Below, in pieces: positions 48,564-59,800 of a stretch of 64,000 bases of DNA (positions are counted from its first letter, which is position 1; every line of letters starts with the position of its first letter). The translations under genes and the position numbers were made by a program. The notes beneath the pieces were generated by a model. The model saw only the letters and a program-made list of their open reading frames with translations. It searched no databases and was not told where the DNA came from. Source of the stretch: a virus; the IMG/VR virus record IMGVR_UViG_3300020470_005894, positions 29,915-93,914 of that record; one strand, written 5' to 3'.

Positions 48564-48626
48564 TTGTTAAACTCCTTACCTCTATTAAATAGTTGTGAAT
48601 GTTTTTATTTTCTAGTATATTATATA

Positions 48627-51542
48627 TTATTCTGTATCATTTGTTTTCTCAAAAGTGAAATTAATATCAATTTTTTTACCGCTGCCTTTTGATGTCAGCC
48701 TTAGTTTGTACTTTTTCTTTTTTTCTTCTGTAGAGAATATGCCGTCTACGTCTTCTTTTTCAGAAAAATACAACTGTTTTAAACTAGGCTTTAAATAGAC
48801 ATATTTCTGGCACTCTTTTATAAAAGTCACAGGATCCACAGGATCTATGGAAATAATTCTTATTATTGGCTTCACAGCTCCTTTTTCGTCTATCATTTCG
48901 ACTTCATAAACTGGTGAAGGATTTGAAACGTGGCCATAATCGTCAATCGCCCTAAAAGTATAATAATACTTTGTATTTGGCAAAAGAGTTTCCTCAAAAA
49001 TAGAATTTACATTGTCTTTATATAAAGAAAAATCAGAATATGAATTCGGTCTTTCTGTTATTCTAAATATTTGAAATTTTTTAACTGGATCATCGTTGGC
49101 AAATTCAACTGCTTGGTCTTCTAGAGCCTGGCTTGTATCAGGATCTGAAACCAATTGTGATCTTTTTACTAAATCAAATTTTTCGTTATCGCTGTTTAAT
49201 ATTATAACAGGCTTCTGCTTCATTCTCCCAGTTGTCCCATTCAACATTATTTTTAAGCGATCGCTAACGGAGTAATAAGGTATAATATTAACATCCGGCG
49301 GCATAGGCGGCTTATCCATTATAAGCACCTCGGGAGTTGAAAAAATCTTGTCCTCTATTACTTTTATACTTGGCTCAACTCGGACAAGAAATTTAGAGGA
49401 AAATTGGAATAATCCATTATCAAGCTCAATCGGAGGGCTTTGAATTCCATCAAACAATTCTCCACCTTGTCCTTCGGCGGGCTTTATAAGTAAATTTGAC
49501 AAATCACCCAAATCAGATTTCCTTGCTTCTTGTTCATTTGACAAAACAAAAGGAGTATCTGGATTATCTGTCGACTTCCCCCAAAAATATCGATACTTAC
49601 TACCAAATACTACACGTATTGCATAAACGTCGTATTTATATGTAGCATAGGTGTGATGCTTAAGCTGGGTGTCAACATACTTGACAATATCCAGATCAGA
49701 AGTATTGGGTATGAAAATACTTTGCACTGGCTCAAATTCGTCAGAATCTGTTTTTTTAACCATTTTTTCTATTTTGTAAAAAATATCTTCGTTGTAACAG
49801 GGTGTGCCGTTGATTATATCAAAATAACTTCTTCGATGTGTTTTATATAAGTTCAGCAACTTCATCCTAAAAGCTGTGCCGCTCATCATTTTAAAAACAA
49901 CATTATCATCATTCAATAACTTAACTGGATCATTGAAATCATCACGAACAAAAGACACATAGTTTCTAATATCTTTAGGGAAAGAATTATCAAATGCATT
50001 CATATGGCTATCGATATCTGTAGTTATAAAATTTTGTGCTTCTAAATCTAAATTAAATTCTTGCTTTTCCATAGCCTGTGATAATTCATTTTCAGAGTAA
50101 TCTATAGTAAACCCAGAGAGATCAGTATAAATTTTTTCATTAGTATATTCTCTCATCTTCTTAGGGTGAGGGTTCCATGGATCAATTATACCATATGTAT
50201 ATTGAATATTGTTTTCAGGATCATATTTTCTAGCCGCTAGCAAATAAGAATAATATCTTGTCAAGAAAAGATCTTTCATAAGATCACCAAGAGAAGTTTT
50301 TCTAGCTGCGGTAAAACTAAGCTCAGTATAGAAAGGAAAATATTTTTTATACTGGTCAACTTTGTCCATTATAGGAATGAAATTTGGACTGAAAACAACT
50401 CTAGACATTATTCTTTCTAGAGATTGTAGTTTATTTAACTTGTTTGTATTTTGAAACTTGAGACTTCCGTAGTAATCTAGACTTGCCGCAAAAGTGTCAA
50501 AATATTCTTCAAAGAGCGAATATGGATCTTGCTTAGAAAAATCAGACATAATTATTCTTTCTAAAATTTTATTTGAACCTGCGACTAGCTCATTTGTTAG
50601 TTGGTCTTCGCTGCTAATCAATAAAGTGCCATGTAAAGTCAACAAAGACTCTAGGGGATATTTTTGATATAAATTAGTGTATACGCCATAGTTATTTTCT
50701 ACATTTTCACTAAAGTTGCTTCCTTCTTCAGTTCCTGACTGTCCAGCCATAAACTGATAAGGAAAAAAATAATCAATCATCTCATCCAATTGATAAGCAC
50801 CATTTTGCAAAATTTTATCATTTTTTGCTAATCTTAAAAATGAATATATATTTGGAAGGGAATTTTGCATCCCCATTCTTCCACCTGTAACTAGCTCAAA
50901 ATTCTTACTGTCTAAAAGTTCGTTATAATAAGTCTGATAATCAGCAAAAAAAGCCTTGCCAACAGGCTGTTTTGAAATTATTTCGTCAGGAGTAAAAGGC
51001 ACTTTTGCTTTGTAATGGTGATCATAGAAATAATGATCTGGACGCACAATTGGGTTGACATTAATAGGCTGCTGAGGTTGCTGACTGGTGTCTGTATTAT
51101 TTATTCCGCATTTTGTATAAAGAGTCCAAAGCTGTACTGGAGCAGCAGCATTAGTATTGTCGCCAAGCCAATTGGTATCTTTATCCGCATATCCCTTTAA
51201 CATGATGGTTTGGTCTAACACTAAGCCTGTAGAATCATTATTGCCTTTATATTCATATGGTTCTTCGCACTGTACTAAATCAATTGTACGGCCTGCAAAG
51301 GCCTTAAATTTTTGCCAATCGTTGGATAAAGCTGTCGTTCCATTAATTTCTTGATAATCCCAGTTTTTTCCAGCGACAATCCTCACAGCATCAGAAAAGC
51401 CATGATCAAAATAAACAGCATTTGCAGGCGTAGACACTATTAAGTCCTGATGGAGTTCACCAAAATTCGACGCTTTTCTTCTAGCGTTAAAATATGATTG
51501 GTCAGATATTACCAATTTTTCTTTTCCGGTTATATCAGTCAT
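48627..51542 (-). CDS. Large hypothetical structural protein with FN3-like C-terminal segments
   Basis: YVDTQLK...YKYDVYA and LLPNTKYYYTFRAID..GHVSNPS patterns. Confidence 0.5.
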   Translation of the reverse strand: MTDITGKEKLVISDQSYFNARRKASNFGELHQDLIVSTPANAVYFDHGFSDAVRIVAGKNWDYQEINGTTALSNDWQKFKAFAGRTIDLVQCEEPYEYKGNNDSTGLVLDQTIMLKGYADKDTNWLGDNTNAAAPVQLWTLYTKCGINNTDTSQQPQQPINVNPIVRPDHYFYDHHYKAKVPFTPDEIISKQPVGKAFFADYQTYYNELLDSKNFELVTGGRMGMQNSLPNIYSFLRLAKNDKILQNGAYQLDEMIDYFFPYQFMAGQSGTEEGSNFSENVENNYGVYTNLYQKYPLESLLTLHGTLLISSEDQLTNELVAGSNKILERIIMSDFSKQDPYSLFEEYFDTFAASLDYYGSLKFQNTNKLNKLQSLERIMSRVVFSPNFIPIMDKVDQYKKYFPFYTELSFTAARKTSLGDLMKDLFLTRYYSYLLAARKYDPENNIQYTYGIIDPWNPHPKKMREYTNEKIYTDLSGFTIDYSENELSQAMEKQEFNLDLEAQNFITTDIDSHMNAFDNSFPKDIRNYVSFVRDDFNDPVKLLNDDNVVFKMMSGTAFRMKLLNLYKTHRRSYFDIINGTPCYNEDIFYKIEKMVKKTDSDEFEPVQSIFIPNTSDLDIVKYVDTQLKHHTYATYKYDVYAIRVVFGSKYRYFWGKSTDNPDTPFVLSNEQEARKSDLGDLSNLLIKPAEGQGGELFDGIQSPPIELDNGLFQFSSKFLVRVEPSIKVIEDKIFSTPEVLIMDKPPMPPDVNIIPYYSVSDRLKIMLNGTTGRMKQKPVIILNSDNEKFDLVKRSQLVSDPDTSQALEDQAVEFANDDPVKKFQIFRITERPNSYSDFSLYKDNVNSIFEETLLPNTKYYYTFRAIDDYGHVSNPSPVYEVEMIDEKGAVKPIIRIISIDPVDPVTFIKECQKYVYLKPSLKQLYFSEKEDVDGIFSTEEKKKKYKLRLTSKGSGKKIDINFTFEKTNDTE

Positions 51543-54500
51543 ATAAATTTCCTATTTCTTGTTGTAGGCCGGCTGCTCCAGTTTGCAAGTCAGTTTGAGT
51601 GCCAGCTGCGCCTGCGCCCATTTGAGAAGACTCACCACCGGTGGTGGTTTCTGCAGCTGCTGTCATTGTACCAAGATTGGTGCCAGGATCGCCAGAGATC
51701 ATTATGTTTCCAGGATTGTTAGCTGGTTTTCCAGAGGCATCTGTTTTCTCTCCCGCGGAAGATACTGCAGTTGTACCTTCATTAAACATTTTATTTTTCT
51801 GTAAGCCGTTTGATGCAAACTTGTCTTCCATCGGTCCATCCGGGCCGTAATCCGGGCCATACTTATACTCTGTCAATTGCATCATTTGGTCAAACACCTC
51901 CTCTATGTTAGCGCCAGTTGCAATTGCAGCGTCGACGCCACCTGGAAGAGGGAATCCCATTGATGCCCACGTGCTATCGTCGCCGCCGATGTCTCCACCT
52001 TGCTGAGCTACCCACACACTCTCATCACCAACAACATCCTCTGATTCTGCTGGTGGTTCTGGAATATATTCCTCGTACACAGGAGCGGGCAGGTCAATTT
52101 CCCAAACTCCATAATCCATCGTAGCGCCGGAGCCAGTAGGTTTGCCATCTATAATAAAATATCTATCTAATATCGGCGCGCTTATTCCTAAATTCTGTGC
52201 ATCTTCAGTTAGTGACATCCTGCAAAAAAGCTTTTGCTCTTCTTGCATATTGTCTAAATCTTCTGCTGTTAAAGGACCCCACATATATTCATCGTCCTTC
52301 GCTAAATTATATCCGGCAATTTGCTGTCCTATGGGAACTACATACCCAGTCGGAAATTCAGGATATGCTTTTAATACATCGACCCTGACAGTCATGCCGG
52401 CGTAGAAAAACAAAGATGATAGCCTTGAAGACCAACTAGATTCATTATTTTTATATGATCTCCATGCACTTATTGCTGCCACCATATCCTCACGAATTGA
52501 ACTATCGTCTATCTTAGAGATATGATACATCTTTTGATATGGTGGTATTTTACTGTTATCAGCTCCTGAGAATAATAAAGGTAGGTTAGGTAATGATGGT
52601 CTTTCAATCATATCTTGTGAACTGTCGAATATAAGTTTTCTAAGAAAATTTTGCGACAGCATATTGCCATCTGCATAATCATCTTTAAGCCACAGACCTT
52701 TTTTAGTACCGCCGCCGACAAATGGCTGGTGATATTCTTCATGGTCTGCGATATCCGGAAAAGTCGCTCCTGGTCTTTTACTGAAAGTATCACCATAAAA
52801 TTTTTCATAGTTTGTTAAGCTAAGCACGGATATTCCATATCTTTCTGTGAGATTCTTATAAGCCTCTCTAGTTTCAATCTGTTTCGGTGTTACATTTGTG
52901 CCAGCAACGTCATACTGTGTAGGCCCTATCGAAAAAGCATCGGTCAAATCTGCAACTGAAATATCTTTTTTATTTAAATTATAGCTTAATAAAGCCAATA
53001 AAAGTAATTCATGAGATTCATAATCTAGATAAGTGTTAGAAAAAATATCTGAAGCTTCGCCAGACGTAAAATACTTGTTTGCAATTCCACTAAATACGTT
53101 ATAAAAATAACTATATGATCTTTTTTGTAGTTTATCAGGATCATATCTTTGTATAGAATCAGAAAGCTCAATCAGCGAAGGAGACAAATAAGAGTAGCCA
53201 CTATCAGAAAATTTACCTAATTGTAAATTTTTTAATTCTGGTGGTGATTGGGGATGATTCATATCCCTATTCCACAGCTCATCAAAATTAGAAAAAGTTG
53301 AAGTATCATAGCCGTTATGAATTTTTGCAACCTCTAATTTACATCTTTCTTTGTAAGTATTAACATATATTCTACGCAATCCATAATCTGCAAAATGGTT
53401 GTTGTTTACAAAGTCGGTGCCAATGTTTAGATACTCGGCGTATATATTTTCATTTCCTGTTGTTTCAAATACATTGCTAAAAACATGACTATCGTTTATA
53501 AAAACATCTGTTGGCGACACGTCATAATCAGAAAAATTATTAAAATTATAACCGTCTGTTTTTGCTGAATTAGCTAATTCATTACCAGTCTTACTTAACT
53601 TTGTTAGATCTAATAGACTTTCAAGCTTAGCAATTGCCGACTGAAAAAACTTTCTAACAAAATCAATGCCATTAGGTGTTCCATCTTGAGGGCTAATTAA
53701 AGAAACCACCGTATAAGGACTAAAAGCGCCATCTGGTAAATTATAAAGACCAAATATAATTTTATATTTACCTAAAAGATCGGTTATTGTTTTAAATTCT
53801 GTGTTATCACCGGCTAATGCTGAAAGTCTTGGGTGGCCAATTATATAATTTGCGAATTGATCAATAAATTTATTTGATTTACTATCAAAGTAAGGCCTTA
53901 AACTTTGTTTAAGATCGCCTTGTCCTAAAAGAAGCGATTTTTTACTAGGATCTCCGCCTATGAGCTTATCAGTAAGTGGGTCAATATAATATTCCATCGC
54001 TGTTTCGTAATACTCGTCTAACATAATTTTTATAGAATTTGTTTCTCTAAGAAGATCTTGCAAGAACGCGTAAGTTCCATCCTGAAAAGTTATTTCAATT
54101 CTGTACTGATAAACACCGGCAGTTTTTTCACCAACATCCAAGTCAGAAAAAGTAAAAAACCTTTGCTTAAAGGGATTAAAATCGCCACCCATAACCAATT
54201 CTACCAAGCCATTAGTTTGATTTGGTGTTTGGTAGCCTGCGCCATCAGAAATAGTGCCTATTAAATAAGAGGGCTCTTCATATTCTGTATCATTTGCATA
54301 TCTCTCTCTTGTGGAAGTAGTTGATCTTTTATTCACTCGATCCCTAAACATTTTTATTTCTAAAATTTTAGAGTTATTAACCACCTGCAGTCTAGATTCT
54401 TCAAGAAGCGTCTTAGCAGAACCCGGCGCGTCGTTGCCGAGAGTTTTATCAAACAAGATTGGATATAACTTAGAATTGCTACGCAAAAACTGCTGTATAT

Positions 54501-55845
54501 CTATAAAGAACATACCCCTGGCGTTACTTCTTCTATCTCGGGTTAAGTATAGTTTTGAAAATTCTGCATCATTATCATAATATGAGGTACCAACAGCGTT
54601 GTACTGAGCCTCCAGCCCAGCACTCCTTCTATCGCCAAATTTACTTAAGTATTTGCGACTTTCTTTTTGAAATGGGGACAAAAAAAGCTTAACAGCGTCT
54701 TCTGCATCCTCATTAAGACTAAAAAGCGGTGATTCCACACCAAAACCCATAAAGCCATCATATGGTTGAGTCGACAAATCTACTCGAAAGTCTTGTATTA
54801 GTGCATTAGGCATTTTGTTTAAAGAAAGTCTATGTTGATTAACGCCAGACATGTGTCTTTCACCAACCATCCAGCCTCTATTCTCTCCAAAACCACCATC
54901 TCCAGCGTAGCCATCAGGAGCTGGATTAAAACCTTGAGCATGTAAGTGAACAGAGCCCTCCCAAATTTTACCGTTCGGCAGTGTGAATACTTCTCTTGTT
55001 TTTGTGGGCGCCCCGTCTTTAAACACTATCTCTGTGTTCATCGGACCTTCAATAATCATAGCCTCTAATAGATCTCCAAAATCAAAATTTATGTCATCAA
55101 AGGCCCCGGTAGCATTAAAAAAATCAGGTATGTGCAGCATTGAATAAAATAGAAATCCTAAATTAGGATCTTGCTGCAAATTATGCCTAAACGTTTGTTG
55201 AAACGGGATGACATAGTATGGCTTCCCATTTTTTATTTCTTGTCTTGCTTGACCCACAGACAGGTCTTGCATCGACCACCCCTGGCCCATAGGATTATCA
55301 ATATAGCTAGCTTTGCCAGATAAGTTTTGTAAAATATTAGAATTATTCATCCTTAAAGGAGGAGAATGAAACTCGCTGTCATCACCGAACGTAAAGTCGT
55401 CTTGCACTGGAAATATTGTTTGGCTAGCTAAGCTTATCCCCTCTCCCACACCACCTGCCGAAGCTCCACTTCCTAAACTGCTTCTTGGTATATATCCGTC
55501 ACCAACTTGCTGCTTTGCAACATAAACGCTGCCAACATCTGCATATGTCATATTTTGTGTGGGCATTGGATTATTGCTAGCTAGTAGCTTTTTTATATTG
55601 TCTGCATTTCGAAAGGGAATTACCTCAATCATCATCGAATCGTAAATATTAGCCCCTAAAATATTAAAATTATTTAACCAATTTGATTCACTTAAACCAG
55701 CAGCTGATTGGTATAGTTCAAAGTGAAGAGTAACATTGACATCGCTTGAATCCTCGGGATGATTCTCTAAAACTATGTTTTTACAATAAACATGTGGAAG
55801 AAAGCCGCCGCCAGTTATCATATCTAATATGGCAGACATTAGCAA
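51535..55845 (-). CDS. Large hypothetical protein (1436 aa), probably structural
   Basis: Long ORF overlapping both neighbours in the same operon. Confidence 0.55.
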   Translation of the reverse strand: MLMSAILDMITGGGFLPHVYCKNIVLENHPEDSSDVNVTLHFELYQSAAGLSESNWLNNFNILGANIYDSMMIEVIPFRNADNIKKLLASNNPMPTQNMTYADVGSVYVAKQQVGDGYIPRSSLGSGASAGGVGEGISLASQTIFPVQDDFTFGDDSEFHSPPLRMNNSNILQNLSGKASYIDNPMGQGWSMQDLSVGQARQEIKNGKPYYVIPFQQTFRHNLQQDPNLGFLFYSMLHIPDFFNATGAFDDINFDFGDLLEAMIIEGPMNTEIVFKDGAPTKTREVFTLPNGKIWEGSVHLHAQGFNPAPDGYAGDGGFGENRGWMVGERHMSGVNQHRLSLNKMPNALIQDFRVDLSTQPYDGFMGFGVESPLFSLNEDAEDAVKLFLSPFQKESRKYLSKFGDRRSAGLEAQYNAVGTSYYDNDAEFSKLYLTRDRRSNARGMFFIDIQQFLRSNSKLYPILFDKTLGNDAPGSAKTLLEESRLQVVNNSKILEIKMFRDRVNKRSTTSTRERYANDTEYEEPSYLIGTISDGAGYQTPNQTNGLVELVMGGDFNPFKQRFFTFSDLDVGEKTAGVYQYRIEITFQDGTYAFLQDLLRETNSIKIMLDEYYETAMEYYIDPLTDKLIGGDPSKKSLLLGQGDLKQSLRPYFDSKSNKFIDQFANYIIGHPRLSALAGDNTEFKTITDLLGKYKIIFGLYNLPDGAFSPYTVVSLISPQDGTPNGIDFVRKFFQSAIAKLESLLDLTKLSKTGNELANSAKTDGYNFNNFSDYDVSPTDVFINDSHVFSNVFETTGNENIYAEYLNIGTDFVNNNHFADYGLRRIYVNTYKERCKLEVAKIHNGYDTSTFSNFDELWNRDMNHPQSPPELKNLQLGKFSDSGYSYLSPSLIELSDSIQRYDPDKLQKRSYSYFYNVFSGIANKYFTSGEASDIFSNTYLDYESHELLLLALLSYNLNKKDISVADLTDAFSIGPTQYDVAGTNVTPKQIETREAYKNLTERYGISVLSLTNYEKFYGDTFSKRPGATFPDIADHEEYHQPFVGGGTKKGLWLKDDYADGNMLSQNFLRKLIFDSSQDMIERPSLPNLPLLFSGADNSKIPPYQKMYHISKIDDSSIREDMVAAISAWRSYKNNESSWSSRLSSLFFYAGMTVRVDVLKAYPEFPTGYVVPIGQQIAGYNLAKDDEYMWGPLTAEDLDNMQEEQKLFCRMSLTEDAQNLGISAPILDRYFIIDGKPTGSGATMDYGVWEIDLPAPVYEEYIPEPPAESEDVVGDESVWVAQQGGDIGGDDSTWASMGFPLPGGVDAAIATGANIEEVFDQMMQLTEYKYGPDYGPDGPMEDKFASNGLQKNKMFNEGTTAVSSAGEKTDASGKPANNPGNIMISGDPGTNLGTMTAAAETTTGGESSQMGAGAAGTQTDLQTGAAGLQQEIGNLYD

Positions 55846-56840
55846 ATCTCCCCGGGAGTATCTGAGCCACCTTCGTAAATATTAAAGGTTTTTCTCTTTT
55901 GTTTATCAATAACTTCTTGACAATGTAAAGTTCTAGGATCTGCAAAAACACCCAGCTTTTGATCAATAGGATCAAGCTCGCATAAAATTTCTTCATCTAT
56001 CTCGTCATCTATTAAGATATCAAAATAATACTCAGAATTTTTCATATTTTCAACAGGATCAGTTTCATCCATAAAAGACAATTCACTTTCCGGATCATGA
56101 TGTGTAGAGAATGATAGAGGCCTTAATGTTTCTAATATTTTGCCATTTTTTTCTTCTTCTAAAATCTCATAAAGCTCGACATCAAAGTTTTTTTTCTGAT
56201 AAAAACCATTTTCCTCAGAAACTTTTAATAATACATACATCTCTTCTTCTGTGGATGTTATTGCTATATCTGAAAAAAGAGGTCCTTCTTCAAATTCGTC
56301 TAGTATATCCTCACCTTCAATACCCTCATCCTCTAAATTAATAACTTTAATTTTTGTATGACAATCTAGTTGAGGAGTTAAAATATTATTACTTCCGCCA
56401 TCGGGCCCGGGAAGATCTTGATAAGTCAAGGCGCCGGATAAATGACCATTCAAAAATAAAACCGACCAAGACGGTATATATTCTGAATTTATATCACTAG
56501 CCCCTAAAGGCTGTGTCAAAGCATAGTTTTTCTCTGGACTTCTTTGTAATGTTGCGGCGCCTACAGTTTCTTTTCCTGATAAAACTAAATTGTAATTATT
56601 GCCAAATTGCCTCTCTAGGGATGAAAAGCTTATTTGAGGATGACATGTTTGAGTAGATCTTATTCTCTCTTCAGACTCATTTTGAAGCTCAACAATTCCT
56701 GCTTTTTCAGAATTATACAAAATATTATCGTCAAAAAAAGAATAATATACAGGAGAAAACTCTCCTTTAGATAACAGATGACGTCCAAATTGAGTTAATT
56801 TAATATCTATGACTTCTTCTTTTTTATTAAAAAATTCCAT
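55839..56840 (-). CDS. Hypothetical structural protein; N-terminus resembles 47439-48563
   Basis: IDIKLTQFGRHLLSKGEF...FFDDNILY. Confidence 0.55.
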   Translation of the reverse strand: MEFFNKKEEVIDIKLTQFGRHLLSKGEFSPVYYSFFDDNILYNSEKAGIVELQNESEERIRSTQTCHPQISFSSLERQFGNNYNLVLSGKETVGAATLQRSPEKNYALTQPLGASDINSEYIPSWSVLFLNGHLSGALTYQDLPGPDGGSNNILTPQLDCHTKIKVINLEDEGIEGEDILDEFEEGPLFSDIAITSTEEEMYVLLKVSEENGFYQKKNFDVELYEILEEEKNGKILETLRPLSFSTHHDPESELSFMDETDPVENMKNSEYYFDILIDDEIDEEILCELDPIDQKLGVFADPRTLHCQEVIDKQKRKTFNIYEGGSDTPGEIC

Positions 56841-59800
56841 TATTTATTTACCAACATATCTATGTCAATCTTGAGTGTTTCTATCAAAGAAAAATAATCG
56901 TAAGGCCAGTTTGAGCCCCAAACTTCACTATAAGTAATATTCTCTAGTATTGATTCACCAGAAACTTGTTTTTGATTTTCTCCTGTGTGAGCATATGGTG
57001 TAACATATTTTGCTCTCATTAATTCGTGCACCTGCCTATCACGATATTTTTTAAAATCTTTTGCCCCTCTCTGCTTTACCTTAAATACCATAAATTTTAT
57101 ATTTTTATAAAAATCTTTTGTACTCCAATTTGGTATTATAGATTTTTCCTCGTCAACATAGGCTTTAAAGAATGCAGGATCTTTTAACATACCTTGTGCT
57201 CGTAGAGGCGGAGACAAAAAGTTTTCATATCCCAAATCTTTAAAATATAATCTGTCTGTAGAGCCAGGAGTATTAAACGCTTCTTCAAAAATTGATTCAA
57301 AAGTTCTTCCCCCGCTTTCTGTAGCAATGACGCCAGCGGATCCAAGGTCATCGTAATTTCCTTGTCCAGCCAATATCTGATTGATGTATGCTATGACCGC
57401 TGCATCGCGCTCTTGGGGCCCATCGAATTCTAAAGTAGTATCCACTATTTGTTCTATAATTGTTTTAATTTTAGCACGAAATGCTGCTTCTTTACTAACA
57501 ACTGATTTTACACCATATGGCATCCATTCTGGCATAATTCCATCTGAATTCATTGGAGATAAAGAATTGGGCGATATTGATAAAGTACTAATGGCTTTTT
57601 CAATTTTTTGTGAAATTGTTGGCATAATACCTTGATATATATCGATTAAATCTTGTTTTGAAAAAGTGTGAGTAAATGGCACAACCATCATTTGAAATGG
57701 ACTGACATTACCATTGTGTATAAAATCAAACTCTGGCGGCAGTTGATAGCCTAAATTATGATAAGGATTTGCTAAATTATCAGTGTTTAAGAAAGGTTGT
57801 ATATCACCAATAAGAGTAGAAAGCATAGTTCCAACATCAGTTTGCAGCAAAGAATCCAAGTTTTTATTAAAAACAGCTGGAGTACTGCAGCCTAATAAAT
57901 TATAATTTTTTTGGTTTGGTACTAAATCATTACCAAAATCATGGCCATGGTAGAACTGCCCTCTTTTATGTCTAGGGATGTATTTTGATGTAAGGATCAT
58001 ACTAAGCATATTTTGAAATAAAACCGGTTGAATTGGCAAAAAATGTTTACCAGGTATAATTTCTACAGTGCTGTATAAATTGTAAAAACCAGTTTCAGCT
58101 TTACCCATTATATAATTTGCATTACTGTGGGTGCCGTCATCAAGTGGCTTATATAAATCATGGTACCCCTCAATAAATTCTATTGTCTGTTCACTCATCT
58201 TAGGACTGTATTTAATTGGAGTATCAAGATAAGGGATAATCACAATTGCCTCATGCACAGTTTTGCTGTTAGCAATTTTTCCAATTGGATATTTTTTAGT
58301 TTCGAAATCAATACGAGGAGCCAAAGAACCAGTTTTATTAGTAGTATTATTCTCCTCGGGAGGTAAAGTAAAAAATCCTCCTGGTGTAACGCCATCTGCA
58401 CTCGCGTTATTTGCCACAAATCCAACAGAACCAGAGATGTTTTCTTCTTGTGTGTCTGAAAACATACTTTTTATTTCTAAATAGAGGCCCTTATCCAACT
58501 CACCGAGCGCTTCTTCTTTTAAAACAGCACCTATTGCTTTTTTATCATAAGGATCTGTGCCATAACCACCCCAGAGGCCTCGGCCAGTTTTTATATCATG
58601 ATAAATATTTTTCACTAGACCAGTTTTTTCAAGAGGTTCTTCTAATATTTGGCCAGTTTGTCCGATATTAGATGCAAAAGATGACGTATATGCAAAAGAA
58701 GAAGAAAAGTCTAGCACTGGGCAGACCCACCATGGCGCAATATAAGAAGCATATTGAATCTCCGCAAAGGTATCTGCACCGGCAGCAGGACCAACAAACA
58801 AAAGATTCGAAAATTCTACACTTGCATCAATTTTCATTCTGTTTTGACCGGTTACCTCATAAGATGATGTAGTTGGCAAAGTTAAACAAAGAGCACGTTC
58901 GTCGCCATGATATGAGCCGGTGTCATATCTTTCAAAATTAAAAGAATTTTTAAGACTCTGGCCCCACAAAAAAGCATAAGTATCATCGATGGCTTGAGGC
59001 TCGTATTTTAAAATTTTACTACTAGCACCATAAAAATATGGAGGAGTATATGCTTGATAAGCTGGATCTTGTAAATTAAAATATAAATAAAGCTCAAAAT
59101 CGTAGCTAGCCAGTATTGGCTCCTCAACTAAAATTGGATCAAAAGCGCTGGTCTGTCCTAAGTCTGGAAGTAAAGCTTTACCTGCGCCTCTAACAGCTGC
59201 GTTAGTGCCATATCCATGAATATTAGGTGTGACACACTCCATAGCAGGACCATAAATATAGCCGCGCATGGTACTACCAAGTTTAGTTAAGGAAGATTCT
59301 CCGGCTAATAAAGGAGAGTTGCTGCCATCTAAGAATTTTCCTCCAATGCCAGCTTTTCTGGGTCCTTCGCACATAACTTGGTCTTTCCCTGCCTTAAGTT
59401 TGACTTCCATGACAAATTCTCTACCTAAGTCTCCTTCACTAAATTGTGCATTCAGAGAGTTTCTCGTTATGATTGGTAGTTTTAAACCTTTAGGGTAGGA
59501 TGAAAGATCTCCTATATTAATGCTGGGCTCTGAATCAGCAATAAAAAATTCCATTGTTTCGGCTAGATAATTATTAATGGCAGAATGATATAGATTTGCG
59601 TCTACATTAAACCTACTACTTAATATCTCATCTTTGAAACTATTATCGAAGGCCCCGCCGAACTCTGGGCTCAATATAGGAAACGAAGTATATCTAGCGC
59701 CTGGCGTTCCAGCCATGCCAACTGTTCCACGACGGTACTCAAAGCCTGGTAGAGTATACGCGCTGTCGGAAGTGGAGCGGCGATCTGCCTCAACAAAATC

